Positions 51,915 to 63,191 of a DNA stretch of 64,000 nt are shown piece after piece. Within the stretch, counting starts at the first letter, position 1. Every line of letters begins with the position of its first letter. A program made the translations under genes and the position numbers. Source of the DNA: Terriglobia bacterium (GTDB lineage: Bacteria; Acidobacteriota; Terriglobia; JAJPHL01; JAPKYU01); contig CBDBKE010000003.1 in NCBI GenBank assembly GCA_965206645.1, positions 64,001-128,000 on the forward strand, written 5' to 3'. A model generated the notes under the pieces. The model saw only the letters and a list, made by a program, of their open reading frames with translations. It was not told the DNA's origin and ran no database searches.

Positions 51915-52738
51915 ATGCTTCGATCGCCCGCGGTGGCCGGACGCTTCTATCCGGCCAACCCGGAAACCCTGCGCCGGGATCTGGACCGCTACATCGTCCC
52001 AGCCACGGAACCCTTGCGGGCACTGGGTTGTGTCGTTCCTCACGCCGGCTACATGTACTCCGGCCACGTTGCCGGAGCCGTCTGCGGCGCTTTGCAGATT
52101 CCACGACTGCTGGTGATTCTCTGCCCCAATCACTCCGGGCGCGGCCGACCGCTGGCCCTCTACGGGTCCGGAGAGTGGCTGACGCCGTTGGGTCGGGCCG
52201 AGGTGGACATAGAAATGGCAGCGCTGTTGAAGCGCGAATGCGCGCTGATCAGCGAGGATTCCGAAGCCCACGCCGCTGAACATGCCCTCGAGGTGCAGTT
52301 GCCTTTTGTTCAGCGCCTGGTGCCCAGCTTTACCTTTGTGCCCATCGCGGTCGGCGTGGGCGACTTTACCCGGCTGGAAGAATTGGGACAGGCGCTGGGC
52401 CGATCGGCGGCCTTAGCTGCTCGGCCGCTACTGATCATCGCTTCCAGCGACATGAACCACTACGAGCCGGACGGCATGACACGCGCCAAGGATCGCCAAG
52501 CGATCGACGCCATCTTGGAGTTGAATCCCCGCCGCCTCTTCGAAGTGCTCCGGCGTGAGAAGAACACGATGTGCGGCTACGGGCCGGTCATCGCCATGCT
52601 GACTGCCGCTCTGCAGCTCGGTGCCAACCCGCCTCCCTGGTGCGCTACGCGACCAGCGCCGACGCTGGGGCTGGCCGCGACTCGGTGGTGGGCTACGCCG
52701 GCATTGTGATCTATCGCGAGGAGGCAGGCCAAGCCTGA
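51915..52738 (+). pseudogene. amrB: AmmeMemoRadiSam system protein B (MEMO1 family), frameshift near 52630
   Basis: PAVAGRFYP, PHAGYMYSG, EHALEVQLP, SSDMNH, MCG. The canonical tail LVRYATS...VVGYAGI is in another frame. Confidence 0.85.
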
Positions 52739-52790
52739 ATGCGGCTGTTCGTCTCTGAAGGTCGGAATCGCCCGTTGTAAACTTCTGCTG

Positions 52791-53672
52791 ATGGTGTTCG
52801 GTGCGCTGCTGTTGTGTCTGCTGCTGGCCCTTTCGCCGGGGGACTCATGGACCCTTCTGGTGGAGCCCAGGCAAATCCGTCAGGGCGGGCTGGTGTTCCT
52901 AGAGCTGGAAAGCCCGACGTCGTTGGGCCACCCCACCTGTCAGTGGCTGGGGCGCACGTATCGCCTGTACCCGGTCCCTGGCGGTTATCGTACTCTGCTC
53001 CCGGTGGATCGGCTCCAGAAGACAGGGACAGCCGAGCTTGTGATACAGGTTGAGGGCAGCGGTGCACCCCTGGCGCGCCGGCGGTTGTCCATCGTCGAGC
53101 TGGACACCGGCCCTGTCCAGACCATCCGGCTGAAGCCGGACCGCATGGCGTTACAGAAGGACCCGCGGATCAAGGAACAGTCCAAGCGAATCCGCCGGAT
53201 CCTTCGCACCAAGTCTGCGGTCCAACTGTGGAAAGGCAACTTTCGGCCACCGAGCAGCAAGGCAGGACGCGGTTTCGGCCGGCAGCGGCGTTACGTCGAG
53301 GCCCAGAGTAGCCGCCAGCGCGGCTCCAGCTTCCGCGGGTACCACCGCGGCCTGGATTTTTCGCTGCAGCCCGGCACTCCGGTTTACGCGGCAAACGCCG
53401 GCAGGGTCCTAGCCGCAGAGCCGTTCGTGTTGACGGGAAATTCGGTCTTTCTGGATCACGGCCACGGTGTGATCAGCGCCTACTTTCACCTGAAAGAAAT
53501 CCGGGTGAAACCCGGTGACAGGATTGCCCAGAGGCAGGTGGTGGGAACAGTCGGCAATACGGGACGCAGCACCGGCCCGCATCTGCACTGGGCAGTCTAC
53601 GCGCAGGGGCAGGCGGTGAACCCGGTGGCGATCACTCGCCTTCCCGAACGGTTCTGGGCCACGCCGCCGTAG
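52791..53672 (+). CDS. M23 metallopeptidase
   Basis: HRGLD, YFHL, TGRSTGPHLHW. Confidence 0.92.
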   Translation: MVFGALLLCLLLALSPGDSWTLLVEPRQIRQGGLVFLELESPTSLGHPTCQWLGRTYRLYPVPGGYRTLLPVDRLQKTGTAELVIQVEGSGAPLARRRLSIVELDTGPVQTIRLKPDRMALQKDPRIKEQSKRIRRILRTKSAVQLWKGNFRPPSSKAGRGFGRQRRYVEAQSSRQRGSSFRGYHRGLDFSLQPGTPVYAANAGRVLAAEPFVLTGNSVFLDHGHGVISAYFHLKEIRVKPGDRIAQRQVVGTVGNTGRSTGPHLHWAVYAQGQAVNPVAITRLPERFWATPP

Positions 53673-53785
53673 CTCCTTCCAGGCCAGGGAACCATATCGA
53701 AAAGATTGTAGTTCGCAGCTCGTGCAGATGGCAGAGAGTGGCAACCCGGGCCAGGGGACAGCGGATCAGCCCAACGGCGCGCGCC

Positions 53786-54505
53786 TCAGGCATTTCCCGG
53801 TGTAAGGAACTCGGCGATCTGTTCGCTGGGAATAGCACCCTCGCGGATCAGCCGCCAGCCTTCGCGGTTCACCTCGACAATGGTGGAGGACACCTGTATC
53901 TTCGACTCGCCGCCATCCAAAATCAGCGGCAGTCGCTCGCCCAGGCAATGTTGCACTTCCTGAGCATTGCTGCATTCCTTCGTTCCCGCCAGGTTGGCGC
54001 TGGTCCCAGTGAGCGGCATGCCCATCAGGCGGGTCAGGGAAACCGGGACCTGGGCATCGGGCAAGCGCACGGCTACTTTGCCGGTGTTGCCGGTGATCTT
54101 CAGCGGTACCCGGCGCGACGCCTCGATCACCAGCGTCAGCGGTCCAGGCCAAAAGCGACGTGCCAAGGCATAAAAGCGATCCGGCAGGTTACCCGAGGAA
54201 AGCTCCTCGGCCTGCTCGATCGAGGCAACTAACAACAAGAGGGGCTTGTGGCTTGGGCGGCCCTTGATCTGGAAAATTTCCTCCACCGCGTAGAGATTGA
54301 AGGGGTCCGTAGAGAGGGCATAGAAGGTCTCGGTGGGAACGGAAATCACCCGACCGCCACGCACCAATTCAGCCGCGTACTCGATACGCGGCGGCTCGGG
54401 AAATTGGGGGCTAACCTTGACTACTTCTGCCAAGTCCACCTCAACATAGTGAGCCGCGGCGGGTGAAATCGCGTCAACGTAACACGCGCCTTCGCCAGAA
54501 GTCAA
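53786..54505 (-). CDS. tsaC: L-threonylcarbamoyladenylate synthase (true start probably ~54439)
   Basis: PTETFYAL, KGRP, FWPGPLT, TSAN, SSTIV. Confidence 0.92.
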   Translation of the reverse strand: MTSGEGACYVDAISPAAAHYVEVDLAEVVKVSPQFPEPPRIEYAAELVRGGRVISVPTETFYALSTDPFNLYAVEEIFQIKGRPSHKPLLLLVASIEQAEELSSGNLPDRFYALARRFWPGPLTLVIEASRRVPLKITGNTGKVAVRLPDAQVPVSLTRLMGMPLTGTSANLAGTKECSNAQEVQHCLGERLPLILDGGESKIQVSSTIVEVNREGWRLIREGAIPSEQIAEFLTPGNA

Positions 54506-54935
54506 CTGAGGCAGCGCTTAAAAACAGACCCGCGCTTCCTGGCATCCGACCGGTGTCCACTGCCGACGGTGCGCGGCGAGTTGGCACACTACCCCGGCTG
54601 CCACGGAGTCGCTCCACGCCCTCCATGCAAACCAAGCCTCCATGCAAACCAAGAAGGATCGACGCGGCAGTGGTGAACCATGCCTCGTTACGTGACGGCG
54701 CATACTATGGTTTGCATGACCCGCCAGGGTGCCAGCAACTGGCCGCCTCCCTGGCGGGCGCAACCGAGCTGCGCTTCCTTAGGTTTCTGGTCGATATGAC
54801 CGGGGGCCGGTTGTTCGGCGAATTCGAAGCCCTGGGTCGCGAGCAACTCCCGGCCTGGTTTCAGGTCCGAAGAATCCATTGCGACTGGGTGGCCCGGGTG
54901 GACCTGGAGGCAACCGCTGAGGGAGTTCGTGATCT

Positions 54936-55086
54936 GTAGGGCCGCCCTTTGTGGGCGGCTCGCCCCGGCGCCCAGCGCAAAGCGGAAAAGCATGGCGCGG
55001 CCCTGCGTCGCCGCAAGCGACGTCCTGTGTGTAGTGCCAGCCTTTGTGGCCGCCAAGGCCGAGCCCGGCGCAAGGTCAGGCATTAC
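54936..55086. repeat. GTAG-type REP-like palindromes
   Basis: GTAGGGCCGCCC-TTTGT-GGGCGGC, and GTAGTGCC...GGCATTAC as an inverted pair. Confidence 0.45.
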
Positions 55087-55101
55087 AGCTGGCGAAGACC
55101 G

Positions 55102-55611
55102 CTAGTTGCGAGAAAAAAAGCCGCGGCTGGCGTCGCCACCTTCTTCTTCCTCTTCCTCTTCACCGATGGGGAGCAAGGTTTCCAGGTCCTCGAGGGCGGA
55201 ACAGAAGTCTTCGTACCAGGATGCGGTGTGCTCATAGGCAAGCCAGCGGCCGCCCTGCTCGAAAGCGAGGCGAACCCAGGCGGTCTGCCCGACGCGTTTC
55301 CGCAGCGCCTCAAACTGCTTCATGTAGTAGACCCGGTCTTCCGAGTTCATCTCGCACTCGCCGAGCTTCTCAAAAACCCGCTCCAGCTCAGCATCGGCGA
55401 AGGTGTCCGAGCTGAACAACAACAGGCGCGCGCCGCACTCTTTACCCACATCCACAAACTGGCGCCAATCGGGGAAGGCGCGAACGTCCCAGAAGGTGTA
55501 GTCCTCCTCGTCGGGGTCGCCCAGCCCATAGAAGATGGGAAGCCCCGTTTGGCGCACGTAGTCCATCATCTCTGAGCGGAGGCGATCTAGGTTGACTTCG
55601 GTCTGCGGCAT
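55102..55611 (-). CDS. Conserved hypothetical acidic protein
   Basis: 169-aa ORF with poly-Glu tail, ending GFFSRN. Confidence 0.75.
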   Translation of the reverse strand: MPQTEVNLDRLRSEMMDYVRQTGLPIFYGLGDPDEEDYTFWDVRAFPDWRQFVDVGKECGARLLLFSSDTFADAELERVFEKLGECEMNSEDRVYYMKQFEALRKRVGQTAWVRLAFEQGGRWLAYEHTASWYEDFCSALEDLETLLPIGEEEEEEEGGDASRGFFSRN

Positions 55612-55647
55612 GGCAGTCGTCGGCAGGCCTGCTCCTCCAAACCGCGC

Positions 55648-57474
55648 TCAGGCCTTGCGGCGACGGAACCCGTCCTGGCTCATCACCAGCACGTCGTTTT
55701 CCGCGGCTAGATCGCGGGCGGAGGGTGTCACGATGGCGCGCGGCCCAACGTGAATCTTTTCGTTCCGGTTCAGAGCCGCGCGCACGTCACTCTCACATAC
55801 GAAGTCTACCACCTTTACAGGAGCTGGGGCGGTCGATTCCTGCGGGGCCATGGGCGGTGAGTTCGACGCCACGACTGGAGCCGATGCTGGAGGCGACGAG
55901 GGCAGCGGCTCCGATCCGCTTCCGCCTGTGCCCGTCGAAGCCGGCTGCGCCCGCGTAGCAATCCCCTTCGCCGCGAGAAAACGCTCGACCACCCGCGCGA
56001 TCGTCTGCCGATCCGGCACCAACGCGCTTGTCGCCGCCGGGGTCGGCGCCAGCCCCGATGAGGGTGGCGCGGCAGCGCGAGCCGGCGCGGCTGGGTGCGG
56101 CTGATGCGGCCGGGTTTGACTCACCGGGCGGATCTCGTAGGCGATTCGCTTGATGTTGATCAGGTGCAGCGGCGAGATGTTGTCCCCGGTCGTATTCCCC
56201 CCCAGGGCTCCGCAGCCCAGCGTCATCGAAGGAAACAGGCTGGTACTGTAGCCAACGGACCCATGCGTAGCCGGCGAGTTCACCACCACTCGGAAGGCCG
56301 GCATGCGCAGCCCGAACTGGCGGATCAACCCCTCGTCTCGCGAGTGAATGGACACGGTATGGCCCAGACCTCCAAAGCGCAAAACGCTTTCGCACAGGCG
56401 GCAGCCTTCTTCGAAGTCGTTGACGAAGAAGAGTGCCAGCACCGGCGAAAGCTTCTCGGCCGAAAGCGGATACTCTCGGCCGACGCCGCCGAGCGGAGCC
56501 ACCAGCAGGCGCGTCTCCGCCGGCACGGAAAACCCTGCAATCTGCGCTACCACAGGGGCCGGCTTGCCCACGCACTGCGGGTTGACCGTCCATTGCGGCG
56601 TCAGCAGGACGCGGGCCAGCGCCTGAATCTCGCTGTCGTTCAGCAGGTAGGCGCCCTGGGCGCGCAGCTCGGCCAGCACCTGCTCTCGCAGCGACTCCTC
56701 CGCCACCAGCGCCTGCTCGCTGGAGCAGATGGTGCCGTGGTCGAAGCACTTGCCGCTCACGATATCGGCCACCGCCTTGCGGACGTCGGCGCTGCGCTCG
56801 ACGAACGCAGGCACGTTGCCCGGGCCGACACCGAAGGCGGGCTTGCCGCTGGTGTAGGCGGCCCTCACGACACCCGCACCTCCGGTTGAGAGCACGACGC
56901 CAGTCCGCCGGTGCCTCATCAACTCCTGCGTGCCGGCCAGCGTTGGGGCGCGCATGCAGCCGATCACGTTCTCCGGCGCTCCCGCTTGCCTCGCCGCCTG
57001 GGACAACAGATCGGCCGTGCGACAGATGCAACGGATCGCGTTCGGGTGCGGGCTCAACACGATCGCATTGCGGCCCTTCAGGGCAATCAGAACTTTGCAG
57101 ATGGCCGTGGAAGTTGGATTGGTAGTGGGCAGCACAGCAGCTACCACGCCCACGGGAACGGCGACTTCGAGGACCCGCGCCTCCAGATCCTCACGCACGA
57201 TCCCTACCGTCTTCATCGGACGGATGGCGCGGTAGGTGTCGCGCGAGGAGAACAGGTTCTTCTCCACCTTGTCGGCTACGTTGCCATAGCCGGTCTCTTC
57301 CACAGCCAGGCGGGCCAGTTCCTCCGCGGCGCCGATAGCCGCCTGTGCTATTGCATCAATGATGGTGTCTACTTGCTCTTGAGAGTGGGCGAGGAACTTC
57401 TGTGAAGCCTCGTAGGCCTTTCCCGCCAGGTCCCGCGCTTCCTGAACAGAAACCAGATCCGCGTCGCGCAACAT
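55648..57474 (-). CDS. Microcompartment-type acylating aldehyde dehydrogenase (EutE/PduP-like) with C-terminal extension
   Basis: [31 protein letters not shown]. Pro/Ala linker, amphipathic helix [11 protein letters not shown], and terminal [10 protein letters not shown] domain. Confidence 0.9.
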   Translation of the reverse strand: MLRDADLVSVQEARDLAGKAYEASQKFLAHSQEQVDTIIDAIAQAAIGAAEELARLAVEETGYGNVADKVEKNLFSSRDTYRAIRPMKTVGIVREDLEARVLEVAVPVGVVAAVLPTTNPTSTAICKVLIALKGRNAIVLSPHPNAIRCICRTADLLSQAARQAGAPENVIGCMRAPTLAGTQELMRHRRTGVVLSTGGAGVVRAAYTSGKPAFGVGPGNVPAFVERSADVRKAVADIVSGKCFDHGTICSSEQALVAEESLREQVLAELRAQGAYLLNDSEIQALARVLLTPQWTVNPQCVGKPAPVVAQIAGFSVPAETRLLVAPLGGVGREYPLSAEKLSPVLALFFVNDFEEGCRLCESVLRFGGLGHTVSIHSRDEGLIRQFGLRMPAFRVVVNSPATHGSVGYSTSLFPSMTLGCGALGGNTTGDNISPLHLINIKRIAYEIRPVSQTRPHQPHPAAPARAAAPPSSGLAPTPAATSALVPDRQTIARVVERFLAAKGIATRAQPASTGTGGSGSEPLPSSPPASAPVVASNSPPMAPQESTAPAPVKVVDFVCESDVRAALNRNEKIHVGPRAIVTPSARDLAAENDVLVMSQDGFRRRKA

Positions 57475-57596
57475 AACGCCAGATGTCGGATTTCAAATAC
57501 CAGGTTTCATGTGTCCGGTGTCAGCTTTCCGCGGAAGCGGGTCCGGGTGCAGGATCGCTTTCCCCTAACACCTGAAACCTGACACCTGGCACCTGC

Positions 57597-57893
57597 CTAT
57601 TTGCTTTTGGCCCCGCTGGGCGCTGTCGCACCGGGAAGGAATTTCTCCACTTCGGCATGGAGTCGCGGGATGACGTGGACGCTCACCAATTCCCCCACCC
57701 GGCGGGCAGCCGCTGCTCCCGCATCCGTGGCCGCCTTCACCGCGCCGACATCGCCCCGGACCATCACGGTGACGTAGCCCGCCCCGATATACTCGCGCCC
57801 GATCAGCACCACGTTGGCCGCTTTCACCATAGCGTCCGCTGCCTCGATGGAGCCAACCAGGCCGCGGGTTTCGATCATGCCTAAAGCTTCCAT
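57597..57893 (-). CDS. BMC-H shell protein (EutM/PduA-like)
   Basis: ALGMIETRG...AADAMVKAA...GDVGAVKAA...HVIPR. Confidence 0.96.
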   Translation of the reverse strand: MEALGMIETRGLVGSIEAADAMVKAANVVLIGREYIGAGYVTVMVRGDVGAVKAATDAGAAAARRVGELVSVHVIPRLHAEVEKFLPGATAPSGAKSK

Positions 57894-58095
57894 GCTGCTC
57901 CTCGCTTGCCTAGGGGGTCGCTCGCAGAAGCGTCCACACTAGCATTGTGATGTGGAAAATTCAAACACTACGCCACTGAACTCGGAGGCAGGCCCGCATC
58001 CAGCGTCTGTTAGAAACGCGGGCCTGGCCGCGGCAGGGAAGTGCCGGCGCAGCCTAAACGGCGAGGCGCTGCCAGGGGCCTGAATCTTGCGGAAA

Positions 58096-58890
58096 TTACG
58101 CGCGGGCTGTCGCCGCGGCGCGCGTATGCTCGCGCAACTTGCTGGTGAGCTGGTCAACCGCCTGCGCCAACAGCATGTAATCGGCTCCCAGGGCCAAAAA
58201 GTTCACTCCCTTGTCAATCAACTGGCTGACCTGCTGGGGATCGCAGCCGGTGCCGATTCCCATCACGCGCCCGGTGTTTCGGACCTTCTGGATGACGGTG
58301 TCCATGGCCTGGATCACCTCCGGATGTTGCACCTCGCCCAGTTGCCCCATCGAGCCGGACAAATCGTATGGGCCAAGGACGACCCCGCTGAGGCCCGGGA
58401 CGGCGAGAATTTCGTCAATGTTCTGGACCGCCTCGATGTGCTCGACCTGCACCAGCACAATCATTGACTCGTTCGCCAGCCGGCAAAACTCCGGCCCTCC
58501 CGCGCGGCCGTAGTTGGTGGGGCGGCGCGGCCCGTAGCCGCGAATCCCCTTGGGTGGATAAAGGCACCCGGCGACGGCCCGGCGTGTCTCCTCGGCGTTG
58601 CGAACCATGGGCAAGATCATGCCGGCGGCGCCGAGGTCCAGCACGGGCTTGATCAGCACCGGATCATTCCAGGGCACGCGGACCAGCGGTGTCGCCTGGG
58701 TTCCCCGGGTCGCCATGACGTGTCCCTGCACCTTTTCCAGCGAAAGGGCGCCGTGTTCCGTGTCGATCCAGATAAAGTCCAGCGCGCCGGCCAGCGTCTC
58801 GGTGACAGCCGGGTCCGTGAAGCTGACGCAGGTCCCCAGGCAGGCCTGCCCTTCCCGGATCTTCTGTAAGAGGTTCGGAGTTTCTCCCAT
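58096..58890 (-). CDS. HpcH/HpaI (GarL-like) class II pyruvate aldolase
   Basis: IDTEHG, VRVP, YPPKGIRG, QVE, GPYDLS. Confidence 0.9.
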   Translation of the reverse strand: MGETPNLLQKIREGQACLGTCVSFTDPAVTETLAGALDFIWIDTEHGALSLEKVQGHVMATRGTQATPLVRVPWNDPVLIKPVLDLGAAGMILPMVRNAEETRRAVAGCLYPPKGIRGYGPRRPTNYGRAGGPEFCRLANESMIVLVQVEHIEAVQNIDEILAVPGLSGVVLGPYDLSGSMGQLGEVQHPEVIQAMDTVIQKVRNTGRVMGIGTGCDPQQVSQLIDKGVNFLALGADYMLLAQAVDQLTSKLREHTRAAATARA

Positions 58891-58944
58891 ATGCTTTCCT
58901 TCCTGCACCTTTCCGGGCAGTAAGCCCGGGCGCACCAGTATCTG

Positions 58945-60840
58945 TCAGTAATAGAAGCGCTGCCACTGGTCTCGCGCCTGCTCGTACTGCTGCCGAAGCT
59001 TCTTAGTCACTGGATCCTCGCTTACCTCTGCCGCGGCCACATCCCACCAGACACCGGACCAGGGCACGTAGCGATAGGGTTCCGTCGCGGCCACGATCAC
59101 GCAGGGGCGGCTTTCCTTCCGGGCCTCCCGCAGCGCCTGGCATACCTCGTCTGGTGTTTTCACATGCCAGGCGCGCGCCCCCATGCTTTCCGCGTTCTTC
59201 TTGAAGTCGAGAGGGACGAACTCGCCAGTGAGCCGATTGGTTTTTTTCTCGCGGGCACGGTATTCGTTGCCGAAGTCCCGACCAGTGGTGCCCATCTGGA
59301 GCTGGCGAATGCACTGGAATCCGTGATTGTCCGAGAGGACCACGGTGACCTTCAGGTTTTCCTGCGCGGCGGTTACCAGCTCGGTGGGGTTCATCAGGTA
59401 CGTGCCATCGCCAATATACACGAAGACCTCCCCCTTCGGCTGGGCCATGCGCACGCCTAAGGCGGCTGGGATTTCATACGCCATGCAGGAGTAACCGAAC
59501 TCCAGGTGACACTTCCGCCCGCGGCTTGTATCCCAGAGCCGAAGCAGATCCCCCGGAGGGCTGCCCGCTGCCGCAATAACGGTATCGCCGTCCTGGGCGG
59601 ATTCATTGAGCGCTCCGATCAACTGCCCCTGGCTCATCCCTTCCCCGGGCACCTGCTGGTAGATCTCCTCGTTCACCTGCTTTAGCCAAGTGCGCTTGGC
59701 GGCCAATACCTCTTCGGCATACGAAGCGCTGGGTTGGATCCCGGCTTCCCGGGCAGCCGCCAGCAAGGCGCGCAGGCCTTCGCGGGCGTCGGCCAGGATC
59801 GGCAGGGCGCCCAGCTTGTAGGCATCGTGACCGCACACGTTCAGGCTAATGAACTTCACGTCCGGATGCTGGAAGACCGAATGGGAGCCCGTGCTGAAAT
59901 CGGTGAGCCGCGTGCCGAGGCACAGGATGAGGTCGGCCTGGGATGCGATCTTGTGTGCCGCTGGGGTCCCGGTGACCGCGAATCCGCCCAGCAGCAGATC
60001 GGAGTCCGCTCGAATTGAGCCCTTGCCAGCGAAGGTTTCGACTACGGGAATCCCCAGCGCTTGCGAAAACTCCTGCAGCTCTTTCCAAGCCTCCGCATAT
60101 TGGACGCCGCCCCCGGCGATGATCAGCGGGCGGCGAGCCTGCTTCAGTATGCCGACCGCCTCCTGGACGCGCTGCGGGTTCGGAAGCCGTCGCTCGATGT
60201 TCCACACTCGCTTTTCAAAAAAGTGCGCGGGGTAGTCATAGGCGTGCGCCTGGAGGTCCTGCGGCAAGGCAAGGGTGACCGTACCGGTCTCAGCCGGGTC
60301 CGTCAGGACCCGCATGGCCTCTGGCAGGGCGGTCAGCAGCTGCTCCGGACGGCTGATCCGGTCAAAGAACCGGCTGACGGGGCGAAAGCAATCATTGACA
60401 CTGACATCAGCCGAAATCGGATGCTCCAGTTGCTGCAGTACCGGCCCCTGATGCCGCGTGACGAAGTAGTCGGAGGGGAACAGGAGAACGGGCAGGCGGT
60501 TAATGGTGGCGGTGGCCGCACCGGTGATCATGTTGGTCGCGCCCGGACCAATCGAGGAGGTGCAGGCCATTGCGGCCAGCCGAAGGTTGGCCTTGGCGAA
60601 ACCAGCGGCCGTGTGCACCATGGACTGCTCATTCTTCGGCTGGTAGTAGGGCAGCTCCTGCCCGTACTCCTCCATGGCCTGTCCCAGGCCGGCCACGTTC
60701 CCGTGCCCGAAGATCCCGAAGATGGCTGGGATGAACCGCCGGACCCGGTCGTCACGCTCGCTGTACTGGAGGGACAGGTATTTGATCACCGCCTGTCCCA
60801 TCGTCAGACGAATCGTTTTCTTTCCCGTGCTTCCGCTCAT
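58945..60840 (-). CDS. iolD: ThDP-dependent trihydroxycyclohexane-1,2-dione acylhydrolase
   Basis: FGIFGHGNVAG, NEQSM, TSSIGPG, LQQLE, EFGYSCMAYE, GDGTYLM. Confidence 0.9.
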   Translation of the reverse strand: MSGSTGKKTIRLTMGQAVIKYLSLQYSERDDRVRRFIPAIFGIFGHGNVAGLGQAMEEYGQELPYYQPKNEQSMVHTAAGFAKANLRLAAMACTSSIGPGATNMITGAATATINRLPVLLFPSDYFVTRHQGPVLQQLEHPISADVSVNDCFRPVSRFFDRISRPEQLLTALPEAMRVLTDPAETGTVTLALPQDLQAHAYDYPAHFFEKRVWNIERRLPNPQRVQEAVGILKQARRPLIIAGGGVQYAEAWKELQEFSQALGIPVVETFAGKGSIRADSDLLLGGFAVTGTPAAHKIASQADLILCLGTRLTDFSTGSHSVFQHPDVKFISLNVCGHDAYKLGALPILADAREGLRALLAAAREAGIQPSASYAEEVLAAKRTWLKQVNEEIYQQVPGEGMSQGQLIGALNESAQDGDTVIAAAGSPPGDLLRLWDTSRGRKCHLEFGYSCMAYEIPAALGVRMAQPKGEVFVYIGDGTYLMNPTELVTAAQENLKVTVVLSDNHGFQCIRQLQMGTTGRDFGNEYRAREKKTNRLTGEFVPLDFKKNAESMGARAWHVKTPDEVCQALREARKESRPCVIVAATEPYRYVPWSGVWWDVAAAEVSEDPVTKKLRQQYEQARDQWQRFYY

Positions 60841-60911
60841 GGTGTCTCCTTCCGCGGCTGTCTGCCCGCGGCTATCTGCCGCGCTCGGTCGGCCGCGCGG
60901 CTATTGGCGCG

Positions 60912-62333
60912 TCAACTGTCGAGGCCGTGCAACACGACGGTCTTGATCTCCGTCATCTCATCGACTGCATAGCGCGGGCCTTCCCTTCCGAACCCGCTCT
61001 GCTTGAATCCACCATAAGGCATCAGGTCAGCACGCCACAGGCAAGTCCAATTGACCATCACCGTACCGGTGTGCACCTCCTGGGCAAACCGCAACGCGTG
61101 GTTGATGTCGCGGGTGAAGACTCCGGCTCCCAGGCCGAAGGAGCTGTCGTTGGCCAGCTCGATTGCCTCGTCGATGTTTTCGATGGGAGTGACGGCCACA
61201 GCCGGCCCGAACAGCTCATCGCTGGAGACGCGCATTTTGGGGGCCACGTCGGCGACAATGGTTGGAGCAAACTTGGCCCCGTCCCGCTGGCCTCCGGTTA
61301 CAACCCGGGCCCCTGCCTGCACAGCCTGGTCAACCCAGGCGCCGACCCGCTCGGCGTCGCCCTCGGAAATCAAGGCGCTCAATCGGGTGTCCTCTTGCAT
61401 GGGATCGCCCACCTTGATCGCTTCCACCTTTGGTTTCAGTGCGTCGAGAAAGTCCGTATAGGAGGAGCGTTGCACCAGCACGCGCTGCACCGAGATGCAG
61501 ACCTGGCCGGCATTGATGTAGCCTCCAATGGCAGTCGCCGCTGCCACCGCGTCCATGTCGGCATCCTTGAGAACCACCACCGGGGAGTTGGCTCCGAGCT
61601 CAAGCGACAGCTTCTTCGCTCCGGCCGCTTTTGCCAGTTGCTCTCCCACCTCGGCGCTGCCGGTGAAACTGATTTTGCGAACCCGCGGGTCACCGCACAG
61701 AGCCGGACCGATTCGGCTACCAGAACCGGTAATGCACTGCAATCCGTGCTCCGGCAGCCCGGCCTTCAGGAACACCTCAGTCAGTTTCAGGGCGATCAAG
61801 GGAGTGTAAGTAGCCGGCTTCAGGATCACAGCGTTGCCGGAGGCCAGCGCTGGAGCGATCTTATGAAGTACCAGCAAGAGCGGGAAGTTGAACGGGCTGA
61901 TGGCAACGACTATCCCGCAGGGCACCCGGACAGTAAAGCCGAACTTGCCCCGGACGCCTGCCTGCGAATCGAGCGGCAGAGTCTCGCCCCGGAGTTGCGC
62001 GCCCTCGTAGGCAGAGAGGCGCATGAGGTCCGGCATCCGGCCCACCTCGCCACGCGACTCGACCAGCGGCTTTCCCTCCTCCAGGCTGATGGTTTGCGCG
62101 AAGTCCTCGACGGAGGCCTGTAGCAAGTCGGCGGCACGGAGCATGATCTGGCTGCGCTCGTACGCGGTCAACTGAGCCATCGCCGCTGCCCCTTTTTCCG
62201 CCGCCGCCAGGGCCTGGTCAATCTGCTGGGAAGTCGCATCGGGAACGCGGTCAACGACCTGCCCCGAATAGGGCGCCTTCACGGACAACATCTGGGGCGA
62301 GTCCACCCACTTGCCGGCAATGTACATTTTCAT
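60912..62333 (-). CDS. NAD(P)-dependent aldehyde dehydrogenase
   Basis: PFNFP, FTGS, LELG, GQVCIS, ELFGP. Confidence 0.93.
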   Translation of the reverse strand: MKMYIAGKWVDSPQMLSVKAPYSGQVVDRVPDATSQQIDQALAAAEKGAAAMAQLTAYERSQIMLRAADLLQASVEDFAQTISLEEGKPLVESRGEVGRMPDLMRLSAYEGAQLRGETLPLDSQAGVRGKFGFTVRVPCGIVVAISPFNFPLLLVLHKIAPALASGNAVILKPATYTPLIALKLTEVFLKAGLPEHGLQCITGSGSRIGPALCGDPRVRKISFTGSAEVGEQLAKAAGAKKLSLELGANSPVVVLKDADMDAVAAATAIGGYINAGQVCISVQRVLVQRSSYTDFLDALKPKVEAIKVGDPMQEDTRLSALISEGDAERVGAWVDQAVQAGARVVTGGQRDGAKFAPTIVADVAPKMRVSSDELFGPAVAVTPIENIDEAIELANDSSFGLGAGVFTRDINHALRFAQEVHTGTVMVNWTCLWRADLMPYGGFKQSGFGREGPRYAVDEMTEIKTVVLHGLDS

Positions 62334-62405
62334 GATTTATCTGGCCTCCGTGCTGTTCCCTCTGAGTCCCTGCCACTCTGGCGACAGGTGGCGACAGTTG
62401 GCGAG

Positions 62406-63191
62406 TCAATACATTAGCATGCCCCCACAAACGTTGAACCCCTGTCCAGTAATAGCCACCGACTCGTCGCTGGCGAGGAGCACGGCGAGCGGAACCATTT
62501 CGTCAGGTTCCAAGCGGCGGCCGATGGGCGTCACGCGTGACTCCAGCTCTTCCACGCTCAGGCCGAGGCGGTCCGCATCGTACTGCATGCGAAGGTCGTT
62601 CATCACCGTGCGCACGGGCCCCGGACAAATGGCGTTCACCGTGATGCCCTCGCTGGCCACCTCCAGGGCGAGCACTCGCGTCATGCCCAGCAGCCCGTGC
62701 TTGGAAGCTGTATACGCCACTCCATGCAGAGTGGGCTTCTTCGAGGCTATCGAGGCCACGTTGATGATCCGGCCTCTCTTTTTCTTCAGCAGAATGGGTA
62801 GCACCGCCTTCGACAACAGGTACGGCGCGGTGAGGTTGAGCGCCAGGGTGAGATGCCAGAAGTCGTCGTTGAACTCGACCATGGGCCGGGGATCGGCGCT
62901 GCTGCCCACTCCGGCGTTGTTGACCAGAATGTCGATGGTTCCAAACTCCGCTTGAGTCTGTTCGACGATCCGCTGGGGCGCCTCCGTTTGGGCAAGGTCG
63001 GCGGGAATCCCAATTGCTTGGCCCCCCATTCCCCGGATCTGCTCCACCAGAGACTTCAAGGCGCTCTCGGTGCGCGCTGTCACCGCGACGGCCGCTCCTT
63101 CGCAGGCGAAGCCGAGGGCAATTGCCTGGCCGATGCCGCGGCTGGCTCCGGTGACCACCGCTACGCGGCTTTCCAGCTTTCGCGCCGGCAT
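62406..63191 (-). CDS. SDR-family oxidoreductase
   Basis: TGASRGIG, NNAG, YTASK. Confidence 0.92.
   Translation of the reverse strand: MPARKLESRVAVVTGASRGIGQAIALGFACEGAAVAVTARTESALKSLVEQIRGMGGQAIGIPADLAQTEAPQRIVEQTQAEFGTIDILVNNAGVGSSADPRPMVEFNDDFWHLTLALNLTAPYLLSKAVLPILLKKKRGRIINVASIASKKPTLHGVAYTASKHGLLGMTRVLALEVASEGITVNAICPGPVRTVMNDLRMQYDADRLGLSVEELESRVTPIGRRLEPDEMVPLAVLLASDESVAITGQGFNVCGGMLMY

Noticed and set aside
57490-57596. Heptamer-like ACCTG(A/G)(A/C) repeats with an inverted partner between BMC-H and the ALDH
   Set aside because: A short degenerate intergenic hairpin repeat with no evidence for more than mRNA stability or termination.
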